Source: Trypanosoma brucei
Lineage: Eukaryota
DNA: 64,000 bases
Direction of reading: 5' to 3'
Assembly (NCBI GenBank): GCA_000002445.1
Contig: CP000071.1
Span: 1,696,001 to 1,760,000, forward strand
Positions 61,241 through 64,000 of this stretch are shown piece by piece; position 1 is the stretch's first letter; every line of letters starts with the position of its first letter. Under the pieces are notes generated by a model. It had not been told where the DNA came from and did no database searches. It saw only the letters and a list, made by a program, of their open reading frames with translations. Both the position numbers and the translations under genes were made by a program.

Positions 61241-62757
61241 AATGTTTTCCCTCAAGGCTTTGTGGCGAGCGCGGTACATTCGGTTCGTTCGCGATGGTCG
61301 AGAGAAGATGAAAACCGTTGATGCGCGGGAAACAGGGGGGGGTTGAGAAACAATTCAAGTGACCGCAAGTGCGTTATATTTTCGACGTATGGGAAAGCCG
61401 GAAAGAGGAGATGTGAGTGTGGTTGAAGGCTGAGGGATAGAATGGAGATTTCCGTATCAAAAGCGAATAAGGTCCTCAACGTTGTGGCAGTTGTGTGCTA
61501 TTCTGGTGTAGGAATAGGTTTGAAAAAATAGGAGAGGGAGGGTACTGATGGTTTATTTTATTTTATTTTTTAAATCTTCAGTGTTACAACTTGGTTAATA
61601 TATTTAGTTCAATCGTCCTCCTCATTCTTTGCCACTCTCTCTCTAGTGCCGGTATCGACCGGTGCTGATGTAATCGGCTCCTTTATTTTCGTTTAGCATT
61701 TACCACGCGCTTTATTCGCCTTTTTAATCATTGCCCTATGTCACGTGGGCGCGAAACCCACGTGAGCCGTATAAATATACGTACACGCAGACGGATGTCT
61801 GTGTACCCCCTTCATTCTTTCTTTTACTTTGATCTTACATCACATGCTTGCGGGGGAAAATATCTTTTTCATGTATGTTTCAAAGTCTTTCCGCCTTCAG
61901 GACCTCTGCCTCTTTCCCAGAGAGAAGAGGGTGTGTTGAGTTGTTTCGGAAAGAGGCGCATAAAGGAAAGATGGGAAGCGAAAAAAAAACGGAAGAAAAC
62001 GATTGAAAGGTGTGATACTGTGGTGTTCCACGAGTGCTTCACAGTGTTAAAGGGGGAAAAGAAATGAAAAATAACACGCAGAACGAATAAGGATTTAAAT
62101 GATAGGAACGTACAAAATCTTAAATGTTGATTGGGGGGTGCATATTTGTGTGTTGGGGTGGGGAGAGGGAACGTTTGGTAAGAAGGGAGAGGAGATGTTA
62201 CAACAATTCCTTCTGTGAGGGTGGCTCATGCTGTGTTGTATGTCCCCCAGTGTGCAAAGAGGCGTTTGTGGCTTCTCTTCCACTGCTGCGCACACTAGAA
62301 TCTCCTTCAGCTGTTGACTACCATGCTGTTGGGGGTTCTCCCTCCCTCCTTTCTTTACGTCCCCTCACTTTTTTCCCCTCATCAGATCGTAGAGGAGGGT
62401 CCAGAATCTTCGGTGCTCGCTGAGGTCCCTGGTTGTCCCGCTCTGATTTGCTGTGGCGTGTACATCTTTTCTAGTACGTCCCAAGTGCCTTCAGGGGAAT
62501 GCGCGTGCTTTGGCCACGGACAGCACTACTGGTGCGGGAACGATTTCATTATTTTTCTTTTTACCCTTTAACTTTCGCTTTACTACGTGTCCGTAGTGCC
62601 CAGCACATGAAGGCTGCTTTTGTGTCGTTGTTTTGGTGGCATGCCTATTTCTTCCCCTTACCGTTTCTTTCTCCTACCGTTAAACTTGTTCATGTATTGC
62701 GCCAGAGATAGACAATTTTCCTACGGCAATAAGTCAAGAGTGAATAAATAAGAGAAA

Positions 62758-63258
62758 ATGGCTCTTTCAGAGAAAGCGTGTCTCCGAATCCGCGTAACGG
62801 TGTACACAATATTCCTCATTTCGTACCTTGTGGGAGCCGCCGTATTCGTCCGAAAGTTTTCAAACTTTATGGCCGCCTCGGGGTTTGTAGCCGCCTCCAT
62901 TTTCATCGGCCTGGCAATCGCCATGCACGTTATGGGAACTGAGGGACTTCAGAGCCGCATCCAACCCAGGAGTCTTAAGCGAGTCGTGATCATGGGCGTT
63001 CTTGTTGCAGCGGATGTTGCCTTACTGACTTTGTCAATCTACACGCTTGTGGTTGGTATTAAGAGGCGCGAAAAGTGGACGGGTGAATCCAACTTCTGCT
63101 CCTGCACCGCCATGGTGTGCGGGTTGAAATGGTGCTCTGTTTGTGTATACCTTCTTTACCGCTCCGGCACCCCATCTAACCCACCCGAATTCGACAGTTT
63201 ACGTAAGGGGGAAGAAGACGGTAACGGAAAGGAGGGCCCTCAGACGAGCATGTTGTAG
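62758..63258 (+). CDS. hypothetical small multi-pass membrane protein (166 aa)
   Basis: It starts at an ATG and has 3-4 predicted hydrophobic helices (TIFLISYLVGAAVFV; FVAASIFIGLAIAMHV; VVIMGVLVAADVALLTLSIYTLVV) and a Cys-rich loop. No family is recognised. Confidence 0.35.
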   Translation: MALSEKACLRIRVTVYTIFLISYLVGAAVFVRKFSNFMAASGFVAASIFIGLAIAMHVMGTEGLQSRIQPRSLKRVVIMGVLVAADVALLTLSIYTLVVGIKRREKWTGESNFCSCTAMVCGLKWCSVCVYLLYRSGTPSNPPEFDSLRKGEEDGNGKEGPQTSML

Positions 63259-63372
63259 GACACCTGGAGCGCATCAACAGCGGCACCCTGTCCGTGATGA
63301 AACTCCCCACTTCTATGAGAGAATGAAGAAAAGACTCGCGTGAAGATACAGACTAAATCTGGCAGCAGTAAA

Positions 63373-63386
63373 GTGTGTGTGTGTGT
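63373..63386. repeat. (GT)7 microsatellite
   Basis: gtgtgtgtgtgtgt lies downstream of the last CDS. Confidence 0.8.
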
Positions 63387-64000
63387 TTTAAAAAAGTGAA
63401 GACGTGTGGATTAATGTGTTAACGTTTTAAGCAAGACATGAGAGAGGCAAAGGGGGGAGAGTGGCAGAGTACAGTTATCTTTTTTGTGTGTGCGTTGTTC
63501 TTATCGTTTTCTTCCGTTAAATTTGTTCAAGTTTACCTATATGTATACGTGTACACGACTCAATAGATTGCGGTCGTGTTTACTTGTCCGTTAATATATT
63601 TTACGATCGTGAATTCTGTTTCTGCGTGTAAAAGGCGTGCAAATAAAAGGAGCATGGTGAACTCACTAATAACTGAATGAATGACTAATTGTGAAGTAAG
63701 GTGTTGTCGAGGAAGTATGGGGGGGCTTAACTGTAAAATGGCATCTCACGAGTTCCGTGGGAAGGTATTAGGGGATAAGCAATCAAACAAATTAGAAGAT
63801 CTTCTTTTTCTTGTGTGTTTTATTTTAGGTATTTTATTGTTATTGTTCCAACTTGGCTCATCTTTATTTTTTTCCAACCTATCAACGAGGGAAGATGGGG
63901 AGAAGAGGGGTGGTTCCACCGTCTACTTCTTCCCCTTGCGACACTTCAACCTTTTTCCATTCAACTGATAACACCAGTGGTGACGACGGTGTAATTTCCT

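Noticed and set aside
1-64000. CRISPR arrays, prokaryotic operons, defence islands, integrons, IS elements
   Set aside because: There are no direct-repeat/spacer arrays, no Shine-Dalgarno-led operon structure and no transposase or integrase ORFs. The gene content is eukaryotic (eIF1A, ASF1, cullin, TFIIH XPD, Elongator) and the organisation is a kinetoplastid polycistron.

Overview
All substantial coding regions in this window lie on the + strand and almost all are separated by T/C-rich spacers that carry polypyrimidine tracts followed by AG dinucleotides. Homopolymer runs and (TA)n or (GT)n microsatellites are present, and no convincing genes occur on the - strand. This is the signature of a trypanosomatid (Trypanosoma-like) directional polycistronic gene cluster processed by trans-splicing, not a prokaryotic locus. 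There are no CRISPR arrays, operons or defence systems.

I call about 25 protein-coding genes. Many long ORFs in the supplied track begin at TTG or GTG codons inside upstream polypyrimidine tracts; I moved starts to the first in-frame ATG downstream of the tract, using ORF-track arithmetic, whenever the extension looked like non-coding sequence translated by chance. The calls, in order, are:
- a 5'-truncated STE20-like kinase
- a PSMD9/Nas2 proteasome chaperone
- an 879-aa hypothetical protein
- an ankyrin + transmembrane + serine-hydrolase fusion
- ELP3 (Elongator radical-SAM/GNAT)
- a CaaX-tailed PRL tyrosine phosphatase
- a mitochondrial carrier
- a possible Las1-like protein
- an NHL beta-propeller protein
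- an RGG-box protein
- a 4,204-aa giant protein whose N-terminus resembles BLTP1/KIAA1109/Tweek/Csf1 bridge-like lipid-transfer proteins
- a mitochondrially targeted hypothetical protein
- eIF1A with a poly-Asp tail
- ASF1 histone chaperone
- TRAPPC2/sedlin
- an Ala-rich, signal-peptide-bearing type-I membrane glycoprotein
- a charged coiled-coil protein
- a STE7/MAPKK kinase
- a small coiled-coil protein
- a cullin
- XPD/ERCC2 helicase
- Notchless/Rsa4 WD40 protein
- a delta-9 desaturase fused to cytochrome b5
- a small multi-TM protein

The most unusual structure is a ~5.3 kb gene desert at 41.1-46.4 kb inside this dense cluster. Its first ~2.9 kb (about 41.5-44.4 kb) is markedly GC-rich, has no ORF above ~220 aa in any frame, and contains a C-run/(CA)n tract. 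It sits immediately downstream of the putative surface-glycoprotein gene and is followed by ~1.9 kb of AT-richer ORF-less sequence. The island may be a degenerate element or pseudogene remnant, a non-coding RNA locus, or an internal transcription boundary; I cannot decide among these from sequence alone.

From memory and without any search, the gene order ELP3 ... ASF1 ... XPD-Notchless-desaturase matches what I recall of Trypanosoma brucei chromosome 8 (the Tb927.8.57xx-60xx region), so the window is probably from T. brucei or a close syntenic relative.
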